NCBI GenBank assembly: GCA_963801605.1 | Contig: CAWDFP010000006.1 | Location: forward strand, 640,001 to 704,000 | Origin: an uncultured candidate division Zixibacteria bacterium | GTDB lineage: Bacteria > Zixibacteria > MSB-5A5 > UBA10806 | Reading direction: 5' to 3' | Length of the DNA stretch: 64,000 nt | Program-made: the position numbers and the translations under genes | Shown here: in pieces, positions 49,526-60,261 of the stretch | Numbering within the stretch: position 1 is the first letter of the stretch | Layout of the letters: every line of letters begins with the position of its first letter | Notes under the pieces: model-generated | Told to the model about the DNA's origin: nothing | The model's database searches: none | The model's input: only the letters and a program-made list of their open reading frames with translations

Positions 49526-50280
49526 CGGGTAATCCTCCCCTGATACATAATGTCAAATCGAATTTACGTTCGGATCGATTACTCAAAATTTATAAAAAGC
49601 GTCATGTGGTCAACGGTATCTCCATCGAGGTTAATTCCGGTGAGATCGTGGGGCTGTTAGGGCCCAATGGCGCCGGTAAAACCACGACTTTTTATATGAT
49701 CACGGGCCTTATCCGTCCCAATGGCGGCCAAATATTCATGGATGATCACGATCTAACGCGCCTTCCAATGTACAAGCGGGCTCGACGAGGCATCGGTTAT
49801 CTACCTCAGGAACCGTCAATCTTTAGAAAGCTCAACGTCGAACAGAATATTATGGCGATTCTCGAAACCCTGCCACTTTCTCGCAAACAGCGCAAGGAAC
49901 GGCTCGAACAGCTTTTAGAGGATCTCGATGTTAAGTCACTCGCCAAATCGATGGCTTACAATCTTTCGGGCGGGGAGCGACGGCGAGTTGAAATTGCCCG
50001 GGCGCTTGTCACCCAGCCAAAGTTTATCCTTCTCGATGAGCCTTTCTCGGGAATCGATCCCATCACGGTTGAGGAAATCCAAAAGATTATTTTCCGTCTC
50101 AAGCAGGGAGGCTTGGGAATCCTTATCACTGATCACAACGTGCGCGAAACGCTTTCGGTGACCGATCGCGCTTATATTATTTTCGAGGGTGAAATCCTGA
50201 AGGCGGGCAACGCTGAATATCTGGCTAACGATCCCGAAGCTCGCAAAATCTATCTCGGCGAAAAATTCAGATTAAATTAA
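49522..50280 (+). CDS. lptB: LPS export ABC transporter ATP-binding protein
   Basis: '[16 protein letters not shown]', '[13 protein letters not shown]', '[15 protein letters not shown]' and '[10 protein letters not shown]'. Confidence 0.95.
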   Translation: MTGNPPLIHNVKSNLRSDRLLKIYKKRHVVNGISIEVNSGEIVGLLGPNGAGKTTTFYMITGLIRPNGGQIFMDDHDLTRLPMYKRARRGIGYLPQEPSIFRKLNVEQNIMAILETLPLSRKQRKERLEQLLEDLDVKSLAKSMAYNLSGGERRRVEIARALVTQPKFILLDEPFSGIDPITVEEIQKIIFRLKQGGLGILITDHNVRETLSVTDRAYIIFEGEILKAGNAEYLANDPEARKIYLGEKFRLN

Positions 50281-50426
50281 TCTAATCTAAACCTGATGAA
50301 ATATGCTCAGCAGGTTTCGACGGAGGATTCCCAAAATGAATTCTCTGCAACAAGCGCCAGAAAAAAACAAGCATTTGGACGGCGAAGAATTAAGAAATAA
50401 AAGAACAAATAGATATTAATGATAGC

Positions 50427-50454
50427 AGGCGTTTAGCAATAAGCGCCTTTTTTT
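50427..50454 (+). terminator. Rho-independent terminator after lptB
   Basis: AGGCGTTTA-gcaa-TAAGCGCCT followed by a T run. Confidence 0.7.
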
Positions 50455-50502
50455 ATTCCAAAAAATTTCCGTGTGGAGATGCGCGATGGGGATTAGTTCG
50501 GG

Positions 50503-50538
50503 AAAATAAAATAGAGGGCAGGAGAGAATCTGCCCTCT
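50503..50538 (-). terminator. Terminator of the Gly-rich protein gene
   Basis: AGAGGGCAG...CTGCCCTCT stem followed by ATTTTATTTT on the minus strand. Confidence 0.6.
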
Positions 50539-50634
50539 GATGTCATCCTGCGAAGGAGCCTAAAGCCGACTATTCTACTCTAAGCTTGACATCCGGTCGA
50601 GAAGGGTGCTTTGCAGTTAAAATTACAATAGTGT

Positions 50635-51555
50635 TCATTTAGTTTCTGGTACATCAGCCAATTTGATCTTTGCCCAAATCTTTATCGGCTTAAATGTGGT
50701 TTCGTTTCCCGGTCCGTCGGGATGTCCGCGCCTGCCGCCACCGGGAGGCCCGCCCATCCCACCACCACTTCCGGGAGGTCCACCAATTCCACCACCGCCC
50801 CCGAAACCGCCGCCTTCAGGTCCACCGCCGCCACCCGGGCCCATTCCTCCACCTCCGCCGGGACCTCTGCCTCGGCCTCCGGGCCCACCATTCGGCCCAC
50901 CCTGACCGTTGGGTCGCTCCATGTTGGCGCCCGCCTCGATGCCTATGCCGATTATCTTAACGGCATCGGCGGAAATTGCATACGGCGTGGCATTCGATTC
51001 CTTAAGGGGTATGATAAATTCGAATCCGACCGGACCTTCGCCACCGTTGCGGACAACCCACAAACCGAGATCGTTTTTCACCGGTATTTTAACTCGATTG
51101 TTTTCGGTGGGGCCGATAATTTCAATGGAATCCATGGTGGACGCAATCTGTTCTCGCATTTTATCCGGATCACCCATAGGCCGTTCAGACCCCTCGGACG
51201 GGGGTCCTTGAGCTCTTCTCATTCCAACAGGATAACGGATTCCGAACTTCTTGTTTTTTCCGCCCTTGCTATCCAGCCAAACAGTCAATCCGCCACGCAT
51301 GATCATCATTTGGGTGTCTCTGTCCTCTGCCTTGAGCAGGATGTACAGGTTATTGCTGTCATTCTGAAGACCGATTATTATCGGCTTATCATCAATTGTA
51401 TACTGCGCGGAAATTGGCCAAACGGAATTGGTATCGGCGATGGTCATGGAAGAGGATCTCCAACTGCTATTTAAGGTCGGCGCACCGGCGCTTATGCTAA
51501 ATGTTAATAATAGAAAAATGATTATTGTCAGTTGATAGAGTTTAGGCTTTGCCAT
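50635..51555 (-). CDS. Secreted hypothetical protein with a Gly/Pro-rich low-complexity insert
   Basis: Signal peptide, 'NDSNNLYI', 'GLTVWLD..G.K.K.FGIRYP' and 'FEF.IPL'. A ~65-aa GGP-rich segment precedes the C-terminal 'W.K.KLA'. Confidence 0.7.
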   Translation of the reverse strand: MAKPKLYQLTIIIFLLLTFSISAGAPTLNSSWRSSSMTIADTNSVWPISAQYTIDDKPIIIGLQNDSNNLYILLKAEDRDTQMMIMRGGLTVWLDSKGGKNKKFGIRYPVGMRRAQGPPSEGSERPMGDPDKMREQIASTMDSIEIIGPTENNRVKIPVKNDLGLWVVRNGGEGPVGFEFIIPLKESNATPYAISADAVKIIGIGIEAGANMERPNGQGGPNGGPGGRGRGPGGGGGMGPGGGGGPEGGGFGGGGGIGGPPGSGGGMGGPPGGGRRGHPDGPGNETTFKPIKIWAKIKLADVPETK

Positions 51556-51820
51556 ACTTAACACCTTTCAAATATCTTTCCTGCTTGCCAAGATTTCTCA
51601 ACATATAACAAGTATAAATCTTGTTATAACTCATCAGACCAAAGTCCGATCTTAATAGATATCAGTAGAGATGGGGCCGAGATTTTGACACCTCCACCAT
51701 ATCCGGCTATGTCTGTTGGACATTAAATATCCCAAAAAGATTAGCGCCTTTAAGAATTATTATTGGAAAATCGAATAATAACTCAGTCGACGAAATATGA
51801 GGAGTTGTTCATTAACGATG

Positions 51821-51853
51821 AAAATTGGGAGTCAGAGATTGCTCTGACTCCCA
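51821..51853 (-). terminator. Terminator after the alpha-mannosidase gene
   Basis: 12-bp stem TGGGAGTCAGAG/CTCTGACTCCCA followed by ATTTT on the minus strand. Confidence 0.6.
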
Positions 51854-51881
51854 TAAATTTCACAATCCTTTGAACTTAATT

Positions 51882-54800
51882 CTACTTCTTTTTTGTGTCG
51901 TAAAAGAGCCAAATTGCAGGAACGTTCGTTTTTTCGACTCCCGGGCCTTCAACCGACAGCTCCAGTCCCTCGCCGCCCTTGGCCTGGAACATCGGAATAT
52001 AGATCGGATGATACCCAGCCTTAAGCGCAATTTCGCCGGGGACCTCGCCAGTGCCATGCAGGCCATCATTATTAATTACCAACGAATCGCCTATAAAAAG
52101 CATTGAACCGTCATCGGAGCTAAGATTGAATTCATAGAGTCCATCGGACGGGATTTTAATATATCCATTAAAAGTTAGCCCAAAATCCTCTTTCCTGGCT
52201 AATTCAGGAATTGTAATCGTATCGGCCGTAAAACTTTTTACCACTTTAACTGAATCGAAATTGGGAAGCCTTGACCATTCACCTTCAAAATATTTTGCTG
52301 TTAGTCCAGGTTGTGCTTTTATGATCTCGACGGCATCATGCGGTATGAGCTGATTGAAAGTTGCAGTCGTTACATAATGGTCATCGGACCCGTCGAGAAT
52401 AGCCCGCGATTTGACGGTGGTGGTTTTGGCTATTACAATTGGACCTGCATAGAGCGGTGAATCTTTCGTCGGTTCGCTGCCGTCTATTGTATAATGTACT
52501 TCGGCGCCGGGGATCGGGCAGCTTATTGTAGCCTCCACTTTATCGAGGAACGATTTTCGAGTCGCATGAATATCAGTCAATGTCGCTTTGGGGATATCGT
52601 AAAGCGGCATTCCGGCAGTTACGTCCTCTCTCTTTGTTTTAACAGCAGTCGCCGCCAGGATTCTGATATTCTGATTTTTCGGCAATGTAACAGATTTTGC
52701 CCCCGCCTCAAGATCGAGTGTTATCAGATAAAAATATGTGAACCGGTAGGCTTCATCCTCACCTTTGGCCGTGTGCCGATGAGTGCCATACCAGGCAACC
52801 GGAACGTCATTAACATATCCCGGCGCAATATCCTTAACGTCCTCGCGGATTTCACCTGCAATCACTCTGCTATTCCACTGGCCGATAAACTCGGCGTATT
52901 CGGGAATTGGGATTTTGGTTTCTTTGCTATCAACGGCAAAGGTCGCCATCGCTGGCCCTCCAACTGCGGTGCCGAGGATGTAGAGCTTGTTGATTTCGCC
53001 CTTGGGTATCGATAATGATTGCCCATCACAAGACAACACATTCTTCTGCCCATCCGCTTTCGGCCCGAATGCGTATGGCACATCAAGCCATGTCAGCGTA
53101 TCAGGCATCAGATCGCCGGAGATGGTGTTACCCTCACCGTCAAAATCGCCGTCTTTGCGGTTAGAATCGAAAGAGATACCATCAAGGTTGTAGGGAAGAC
53201 TTAGAGGCTGATAAACAGGATTTTGTCCTTGGGGTTTATGCATATCCTTAAGTAACTTCCCAAATTTAATTTTGTAGGCCTTAGGTTGATAAGGGCTCAG
53301 AGATATATAAACATAGCTCGCGTCGAATCCGGCCTTTCCTATTTCATCCTCAGCGCCGTTGACTTCCGTCGCCAACATAACAGGCCTGGGAGGAAAAAGG
53401 CGCAAATCCTGAGGCTTTCCATACAACTCCCGGAGTCTTACGACTAGATCGTCGCTGTCTTCAGCAAATTTAATTGAATTTACAATTACTTCCTTTGATG
53501 GATATGTACCAAAATAATCGCGTGAATATTTAACTGATAAACCTATTTGGAGGAAGTTTATATTCTTACCCAATTCTCCTTCGTGTGACGTCGTCACAAA
53601 CCCCATCAACGGCTGATTCAGCCGCGCCGCCTGCCAGACGACCGCGCCATCGCGCCAATCACCCTTGTGTCCGGTAATCGCATACTTGAAATTATGATGC
53701 CCATTATCCTGCGACTTTTGATCTCCCACCCAGTTCCAGCTTTCGTAAACGCCGGGAGTGTGAATGAGCGATAAACGCAAGGTGCTGCTATCAGGATGAT
53801 CCCAGCCGTATTTGCAATCGTTTAGGACAGCCACGCCGTAGCTGCCATCTTTGGCTGTCATATCGGCCCACTGCTGACCGGGGACCTCGTATTTCTTCGA
53901 CGTATTGATTCCGCGCTTGATCGTGCCTAGGCCGATATCATACGTCACTGAATCGTTCGGCGTAGCAAAATTAAATGCCGCTTTAAGCAACGTTTCGCGC
54001 TCATACCAATCGATATCATTATCAAATTCGATCCGATCGCCCGCATCGCCAGCCGCCAGGCTAATGGTAGTGCGAATCGTTGAATTATCGGTTTTCTGAG
54101 TAACCAATAGGCTCGCCTTGACCGGCCCGACATCGACAACTTCGATCTTCGTATTCTTAATTACGCCTGTCATCGGTGGTGCGATAATATCCTCATATTG
54201 AATCTCCCAGGCCGGCCATTGACCGGGCTTATCATGCAAAAATTGAAGCGCAAGGGGAGCAGAGAGAAGCTCGCGTTTGGCGAACCTTGTCATAAATTGA
54301 AGAAATTTCGCCTTTTTCGTTAAGTTCAACTTTATAGCGTTTGTTTTCAATTGAATTTTCTGTTGCACCTAATCCTGTTTGCATTTCACAAGGTTTATAT
54401 GCAGGACGAATATCATAAACCGTATAACCCACAGATGGCACTTTAGCGATGAATTGTAAGAGCATGCTATCACCCATGCATTCGATAATGCTTGATGGAA
54501 CTTCATAGCCATCGACCGCATACACCCGAAACGGCATGAAATTGCGTTCTTTCCCATCTATTATTTTTTTGCATGGAATTGTAACTTCGACAACATCCTC
54601 GCGATAAATCGAAAGCGGATTATAAACCACGATCGGAATCCCCTTGGCGCGGGTATCCATCACCGCCGCTGTGGCCTCAACTGCGTGGGTCAGCATCTGT
54701 GAAAAGCGGTTCTGGCAAAGAAGCTCATCGTTCCACGAAAACTGATATGCCTCGGGAATGCTGGTGCCGGTCAGGTCGTCATGAAACTGGTGCCATAAAA

Positions 54801-55868
54801 ATCTGATCCAGGTATTCTTCAAATCCTCTTTAGGATATGGCGCTCCGGCCACCAGATTGGCGATCACGCAAGCCCGCTCGGTGGCATCGGCCAAGAGTTC
54901 GTTCTTGCGGTTCCAGCGTTTCATCGCCGCCTCTGAGGTGTAACATCCGGTACCGTGACGGGTCATCAGGAGTTCGCCGTTGTAGGTAGACAAATTAGCG
55001 GATTTATCCGATTCAACAATTTCCGCCAGATTGTCAGATCCGATACTGTGAACTTTCAATGGCCCATCGCTTTTGATAGATTTCGAAAGCCAATCGACAG
55101 ATAACGAATCGGGCGATCCGCCGGTGTCGCCGGTGCCGAAATAGCGGTAAGCGGCGTAGAGGCCGGATGATTCACCCTGCTTGTTAATTTTGCCTATCCA
55201 GGTGGTATCACGGAGAGATCGCCTCTGATTTTGCTGACATAATCTCCGGGCTTGAGAGCGGCAACCATAGAGGAACCATCGACTCCCTGCCAGAGCCCGA
55301 TATCAAACGGTACTGGTACTGAGCAGCCCCAGGTAAGTTTTTGGGTTGAAAAACTCTGCAGGCCGCAATGCGCCGCAATCGATGGTAGCGCATAACCGAA
55401 TCCAAAACAGTCGGGAAGAAGGATATCTTTGCTGGTTTTGCCGAATTCCTTCTTGTAGAATCCATTGCCATATAATGTCTGACGAACCAGCGATTCAAAC
55501 GACGGCATGTTGACGTCGACAGCATCAACCCAGCTTCCCGCCAGATTCCATTGCCCGCGATCGATATATCCTTTGAGCTTGGCGTACTCGTCGGGATGAT
55601 ATTCCTTAAAGAGCATATACTTAAATGCGCCCTCGAAGCTGAATTTGTAATCGGGATAAAGATCCATCAGCTTGAAGTTATCACGAAACGTAGCAGGGAC
55701 ATATTCATTGATCGTATTCTGAATTGTCCAGCGCCACTGGGTATCAAGGTGCGATGTAGCCACCACATATAGATCGCGCTGTACTTTGGATGTATCACTC
55801 GAAGTTTGAGCCGTGCCCGCAACACACCAGCAAAGCACCATCATTATTGTCCCAACTATTTTTGGCAT
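51882..55868 (-). CDS. Secreted GH38 alpha-mannosidase with FN3-associated and PA14 domains (frameshifts near 55200 and 54285)
   Basis: 'SHLDTQWRW', nucleophile motif 'LPDCFGF', 'QFHDDLTGTSI', 'LNDCKYG..LRLSL', 'YTIDGSEPT..S..Y' and PA14 'SDDGS.L...NNDGLH'. Confidence 0.85.
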
Positions 55869-55894
55869 CTTTCACTCCCTCTCGCTAAGTTCGT

Positions 55895-55984
55895 GGATGG
55901 CGCACGTCCTCGTGTGCCATCCTGATATTAAAAGAATAACTAATCTTTTGTATTCTTGGGGCGGCAGCTGTCCCCGGCTGCCCC
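55895..55984. repeat. Two REP-like hairpins with GTCC-containing loops
   Basis: GGATGGCGCAC-gtcctc-GTGTGCCATCC and GGCAGC-tgtccccg-GCTGCC. Confidence 0.55.
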
Positions 55985-56038
55985 TTCTATGGTGTTCGCA
56001 ACCCTACAACTCGCCGACTCGCAACCGGCAACTCGTGA

Positions 56039-57374
56039 CTACTTTTTCCCCATCCCCCGCTGCTTCAATCTATCTAAAAGCACCGCCCCCAATATCACCA
56101 GTCCTAAAACGATTTTCTGCGTATAGGTTTCGACATTGGTCAGGTTCATCCCGTTTTGAATGACAGCGATAATAAACGCGCCAATCAGGGTTCCGAATAT
56201 TCGTCCCTCGCCCCCGGAAAGGCTCGTACCGCCTACCACAACGGCGGCTATAACATAAAGCTCGTAGGTTAATCCGTATGTGGGCGCGCCGCTTTTTAAT
56301 TGCGATGCCATCACTACGCCTCCTAACCCGGCTAACAAACCGCAGAGGAGATATACAAAAAACAATATCCGATGTACTCTGATCCCTGCAAGTCGCGAGG
56401 CTTCCATATTTCCGCCTACTGCGTAGACATATCTCCCGGTCGTGGTGCGTGTCATGAGGATATGAGCAGCAATATATAGGACAATCATAAGCAGGACAGC
56501 ATAAGGAATTTTGAGTAACGGCTCCGCGCCTCGCCCCAAAAGAATGAAAGCTATCCGGCAAATGGTAAATCGGTTTTCCCTCGGAGATGACATAAGCAAA
56601 TCCGGCCGCTACCTGCATCATAGCCAACGTGGCGATAAACGGCGGTATGCGGAACCGAGTTATCATCAGGCCACTGAATGCGCCGATAACTCCGCAAAGT
56701 GCAATTCCCAATATTCCCGAAAGAAGCATTCCCCAGAAAGTGGCGCTTTCACCTCCGACGCGCCCTACAAACCAGGTAGTCACTACAGCCGAGAGCGCAA
56801 TCAGGCTTCCGACGGAAAGATCAATCCCTGCCGTAATGATAACCAGTGTCATACCGATTGCGATAATAGCAATTACCGCAATCTGATTTGCTACGTTACG
56901 CAAATTATCGGGTAGTAGAAACGTTGGCCAGCGATAAGGAGGAGGAGACGCCACTATCGCGTCGGCGAATCCAGGCATTTTATTTTTGATCGAATATGCC
57001 ACCGGCGCTGATGCAAACGATGTTGCAATTATTGATATCGAATTTACATCGGGTAGATCGCTAATTTGCTTTCTAACGGTAATCGGATCGCCTGAAACCC
57101 TTTCAATAAAATCAAATCCTTCTTCCGATAGCCGTTTTTCAAGCGAGACGGCAAAAACCGTATCGTCGTCTGTATCGCGAGAAATAATTAAAATGCCAGT
57201 GTCGTGAGAATATGAAAAGAGCGCATTTGACAATGCTTTGGCCGCATCCTCTCCCACCGGATATTGATCTCGCAGCGTTAATATCGAAAATAAGATACCC
57301 AGGATGATGAGAATCCCCAGCATCCCATAGTTGCTAAAAAACCTGTTCAATACAATTTTGTAAGACTTTTCCAT
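56039..57374 (-). CDS. rbsC: Ribose-type ABC transporter permease with extra N-terminal extracytoplasmic domain (frameshift near 56550)
   Basis: 'AIGMTLVIITAGIDLSVGS', 'IPPFIATL', 'GR.VYAVGGN.EASRLAGI' and 'YEL.VIAAVVVGGTSL.GG.G'. Confidence 0.8.
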
Positions 57375-57388
57375 AATCTAATCTAATC

Positions 57389-57424
57389 CTGTCATTGCGA
57401 GTCCATATTGATTCGCAATGACAG
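57389..57424. repeat. Short palindromic element CTGTCATTGCGA...TCGCAATGACAG
   Basis: 12-bp perfect stem between the ABC ATPase and permease genes. Confidence 0.6.
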
Positions 57425-57427
57425 TCT

Positions 57428-58924
57428 TTAAGTAGCTAATGCCATGATCTCCTCTTGCGTGGCGCTTTCCATATTGCTAATTTCGCCCGCAATTTGCCCT
57501 TCGCGCATGACAATTATTCGATCAGAAATCCCTAAGATTTCCAGCAAATCGGAAGATATCACTAAGACAACTTTTCCGTTTGATGCCAACTCGTTTATGA
57601 GCAAATACATTTCATGCTTGGCGCCTACGTCGATACCGCGGGTTGGCTCATCGAATATGATTATCTCGAAATTGGTTTCAAGCCAACGCGCTACCAAAAG
57701 CTTCTGCTGATTGCCGCCGGAAAGGTCCTCCGCCCGCTGCTCGGGATTAGAGAGACGTATATTAAGGGTTTGCACCTGCTTGGAAAACTTCTCCATTTCG
57801 AGTTTGGTATTTACAAATCCCAATTGAGACCAGTTTGGCAAATTTGGCAGAGCAAAATTTTCCCTGCAGGATGCCATGAGAACCAAACCCTGGGCTTTTC
57901 TGTCTTCTGTTAAAAGGCAAATTCCCTGATCAATTGCATCACGCGGAGATTTGATATCGCGAACTCGTCCGTCTATCGCAATTTGGCCGTCATCCTTGAT
58001 ATCCGCGCCAAAAATAAGCCGGGCAACCTCGGTTCGTCCAGCCCCCATTAATCCGGCGATTCCCAAAATTTCACCGCACCTTGCAGAAAAGGTTACATCC
58101 CTTACAGGGCCGCCCGAAAGATTTTTCACTTCAAAACAGATTTCGCCAATAGCCTTTTTTGTTTTTGGAAATTCTTCTTCAATCGGCCGTCCCACCATGC
58201 GAGAGATTAATTCAGTCCTTGAAATTTCGTTTATTTTCCAGGTGCCGAGAGTTGCTCCATCGCGCATGACCGTGACCCGATCCGCGATTTCGAATATCTC
58301 CTCCAGTCGATGTCCGATAAAAATGACTCCAATACCCTGCGCTTTAAGGTCACGTAATATCCCAAACAGACTTTCAACCTCATGCGGGGCCAGCGCCGCC
58401 GTGGGCTCATCCATAATCAGAATTTGCGACTCGCCGGCCAGCGCCTTGGCGATCTCAACAAGTTGCTGATGAGCAATACTGAGGTCACTTATCGCCGTTT
58501 CAGGATCGATTTTTAAATCTAATTTTTCAAAAAGTGAAACTGCATCTTTTTTTTCACGGCTCGGATTTATTAAACCATGCCGGGTGTTTTCGCGGCCCAA
58601 AAATATGTTAGCGTAAACAGGCAATGCCGGTATAAGGCTGAATTCCTGATAGATTGCGGCTATCCCCGCTTGACTGGCATCTTGTGGCGAACTAAAAGTG
58701 ACTTGTTTACTGCCCAGCCAAACTTCACCTGAATCAGCACTATGTGCTCCCGTGAGGATCTTTATAAGGGTACTTTTACCGGCGCCATTTTCGCCTACCA
58801 GGGCGTGAATCTCCCCCGGATAAAGCTCCAGCGAAGCCCGACTGATCGCCTTTACCCCCGGAAATGACTTGCGAATGTCTATCGTTCGTAAAAGGGGAGA
58901 GCTATTTGCAGTATCGGCTGCCAC
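57428..58924 (-). CDS. rbsA: Sugar ABC transporter ATP-binding protein (dual-domain RbsA type)
   Basis: 'GENGAGKSTL', 'MDEPTAAL', 'EDRK..GL', 'LSGGNQQK' and 'DEPTRGIDVGAK'. Confidence 0.88.
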   Translation of the reverse strand: MAADTANSSPLLRTIDIRKSFPGVKAISRASLELYPGEIHALVGENGAGKSTLIKILTGAHSADSGEVWLGSKQVTFSSPQDASQAGIAAIYQEFSLIPALPVYANIFLGRENTRHGLINPSREKKDAVSLFEKLDLKIDPETAISDLSIAHQQLVEIAKALAGESQILIMDEPTAALAPHEVESLFGILRDLKAQGIGVIFIGHRLEEIFEIADRVTVMRDGATLGTWKINEISRTELISRMVGRPIEEEFPKTKKAIGEICFEVKNLSGGPVRDVTFSARCGEILGIAGLMGAGRTEVARLIFGADIKDDGQIAIDGRVRDIKSPRDAIDQGICLLTEDRKAQGLVLMASCRENFALPNLPNWSQLGFVNTKLEMEKFSKQVQTLNIRLSNPEQRAEDLSGGNQQKLLVARWLETNFEIIIFDEPTRGIDVGAKHEMYLLINELASNGKVVLVISSDLLEILGISDRIIVMREGQIAGEISNMESATQEEIMALAT

Positions 58925-58943
58925 GAACTATAAACCGATCTCT

Positions 58944-59885
58944 CTATTTATTAGCATCTGCTTTAGTAAACAATCCACAAGGAATCAGATTAACCGGCTC
59001 AACAGTTCCACCGGAGATATAAGTTTTTATTGATTCAATGGTTTTTCGTCCGATTTCATGCGGCTTCTGGATCACATCGGCGTAAATTTTCCCCTCTTTG
59101 ATCGCCTCGCGCGCTTCCGGAACGGCGTCGAATCCCACTATTTTCACCTTGCCGCTTTTGCCTGCCTTTTCTACAGCAGCCAACGCACCGAGCGCAGAAT
59201 CATCGTTTATGCCGAAAATTGCATCGAGTTCGGGATGAGCCTGTAAGATATCCTCCGCGGTGCGAAAGGCCTGGTCCTTGACACCATGGCCGGAAAGCTT
59301 CGCCACTAACTTTATATTTGGCGATTTGGCCAACTCATCTTCAAAACCCTTAACGCGCTGAATTACCGATTCAACTTCAGGATGATCTATTATCGCGACC
59401 TTACCGCTTCCCCCCAATGCCTGTGCGATTGCTTGCGCCGCCAATTGGCCTCCGGCAACGTTATCCGAGGCAGTATGACATACAATCTTTACGCCCTCGG
59501 CCAAACAGGCGATATCCGCGGTAAAAACCGGTATTCCCGCTGAGTTTGCGGCTGCGATTGCCGTGCCAATCGATTTAGAATCACAGGGGGATACAATAAT
59601 CGCGTCAACCTTTCGAACGATAAAATCCTGAATCTGATCTTTTTGCCTGGCGACATCAAACTCCCCGGCAGTCACCAGAAGTGTATATCCGTTTTCCTTG
59701 GCCGCCTCCTGCAATCCAGCCTCAAGGTCCTGATAAAAGGGATGTGTTCTGGTCAGAAGTGTTACGCCAATTGTCAAGTTGCTTCCCGGAGCGTTTTTAT
59801 TTTCAGTTTTCTTTTCGCTTTTTCCGCATCCGAATAATGATAGAGCAATAGACGCTGCGATTACAAAAATGTACAATCTACTCAT
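58944..59885 (-). CDS. rbsB: Sugar ABC transporter substrate-binding lipoprotein (RbsB-like)
   Basis: Lipobox 'LFGC', 'HPFY', 'GIPVFT.D', 'SDN..GG', 'NDDSALGA' and 'VGFD'. Sugar specificity is uncertain. Confidence 0.8.
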   Translation of the reverse strand: MSRLYIFVIAASIALSLFGCGKSEKKTENKNAPGSNLTIGVTLLTRTHPFYQDLEAGLQEAAKENGYTLLVTAGEFDVARQKDQIQDFIVRKVDAIIVSPCDSKSIGTAIAAANSAGIPVFTADIACLAEGVKIVCHTASDNVAGGQLAAQAIAQALGGSGKVAIIDHPEVESVIQRVKGFEDELAKSPNIKLVAKLSGHGVKDQAFRTAEDILQAHPELDAIFGINDDSALGALAAVEKAGKSGKVKIVGFDAVPEAREAIKEGKIYADVIQKPHEIGRKTIESIKTYISGGTVEPVNLIPCGLFTKADANK

Positions 59886-60261
59886 TCTTTTCTCCGCGAA
59901 TAATTTTTTAATTTTCCGAAAATCGGAAATGCTTCTCGCTTCATCGCAAAATAAGAGAGACTTTCGATACTTTGTCAATCTCTTTAATAATATGAAGCAG
60001 GATAAATGGAATGTATCGTAAATCCTTAAATTTTAAATATGGCATCAAGCGGTGAGCATCGCCTGTCTCGAACCCCGGTCGTTATAGTAAGGTGTTGACA
60101 GTAACGGCATTGTGAAGGCCCGTTTAATTAATTAAAAATCGTTTTGGGCAGATAGAGATATTATATATATTATAGACAACGCTTTAAGTTTCTACGCGAC
60201 GAGGCCCGCGACGAAAATTGTAAAAGTTTCAAAATTAGGTGTTTGTTTTTAAGGAGGATTT

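Noticed and set aside
50663..51474. Pro-rich and Ser/Thr-rich plus-strand ORFs
   Set aside because: These are antisense readings of the Gly-rich gene.
60040..60056. sigma54 site TGGCATCAAG, sharing 10 nt with the site at 22572
   Set aside because: There is no TTG -12 element, so it is likely a chance match.
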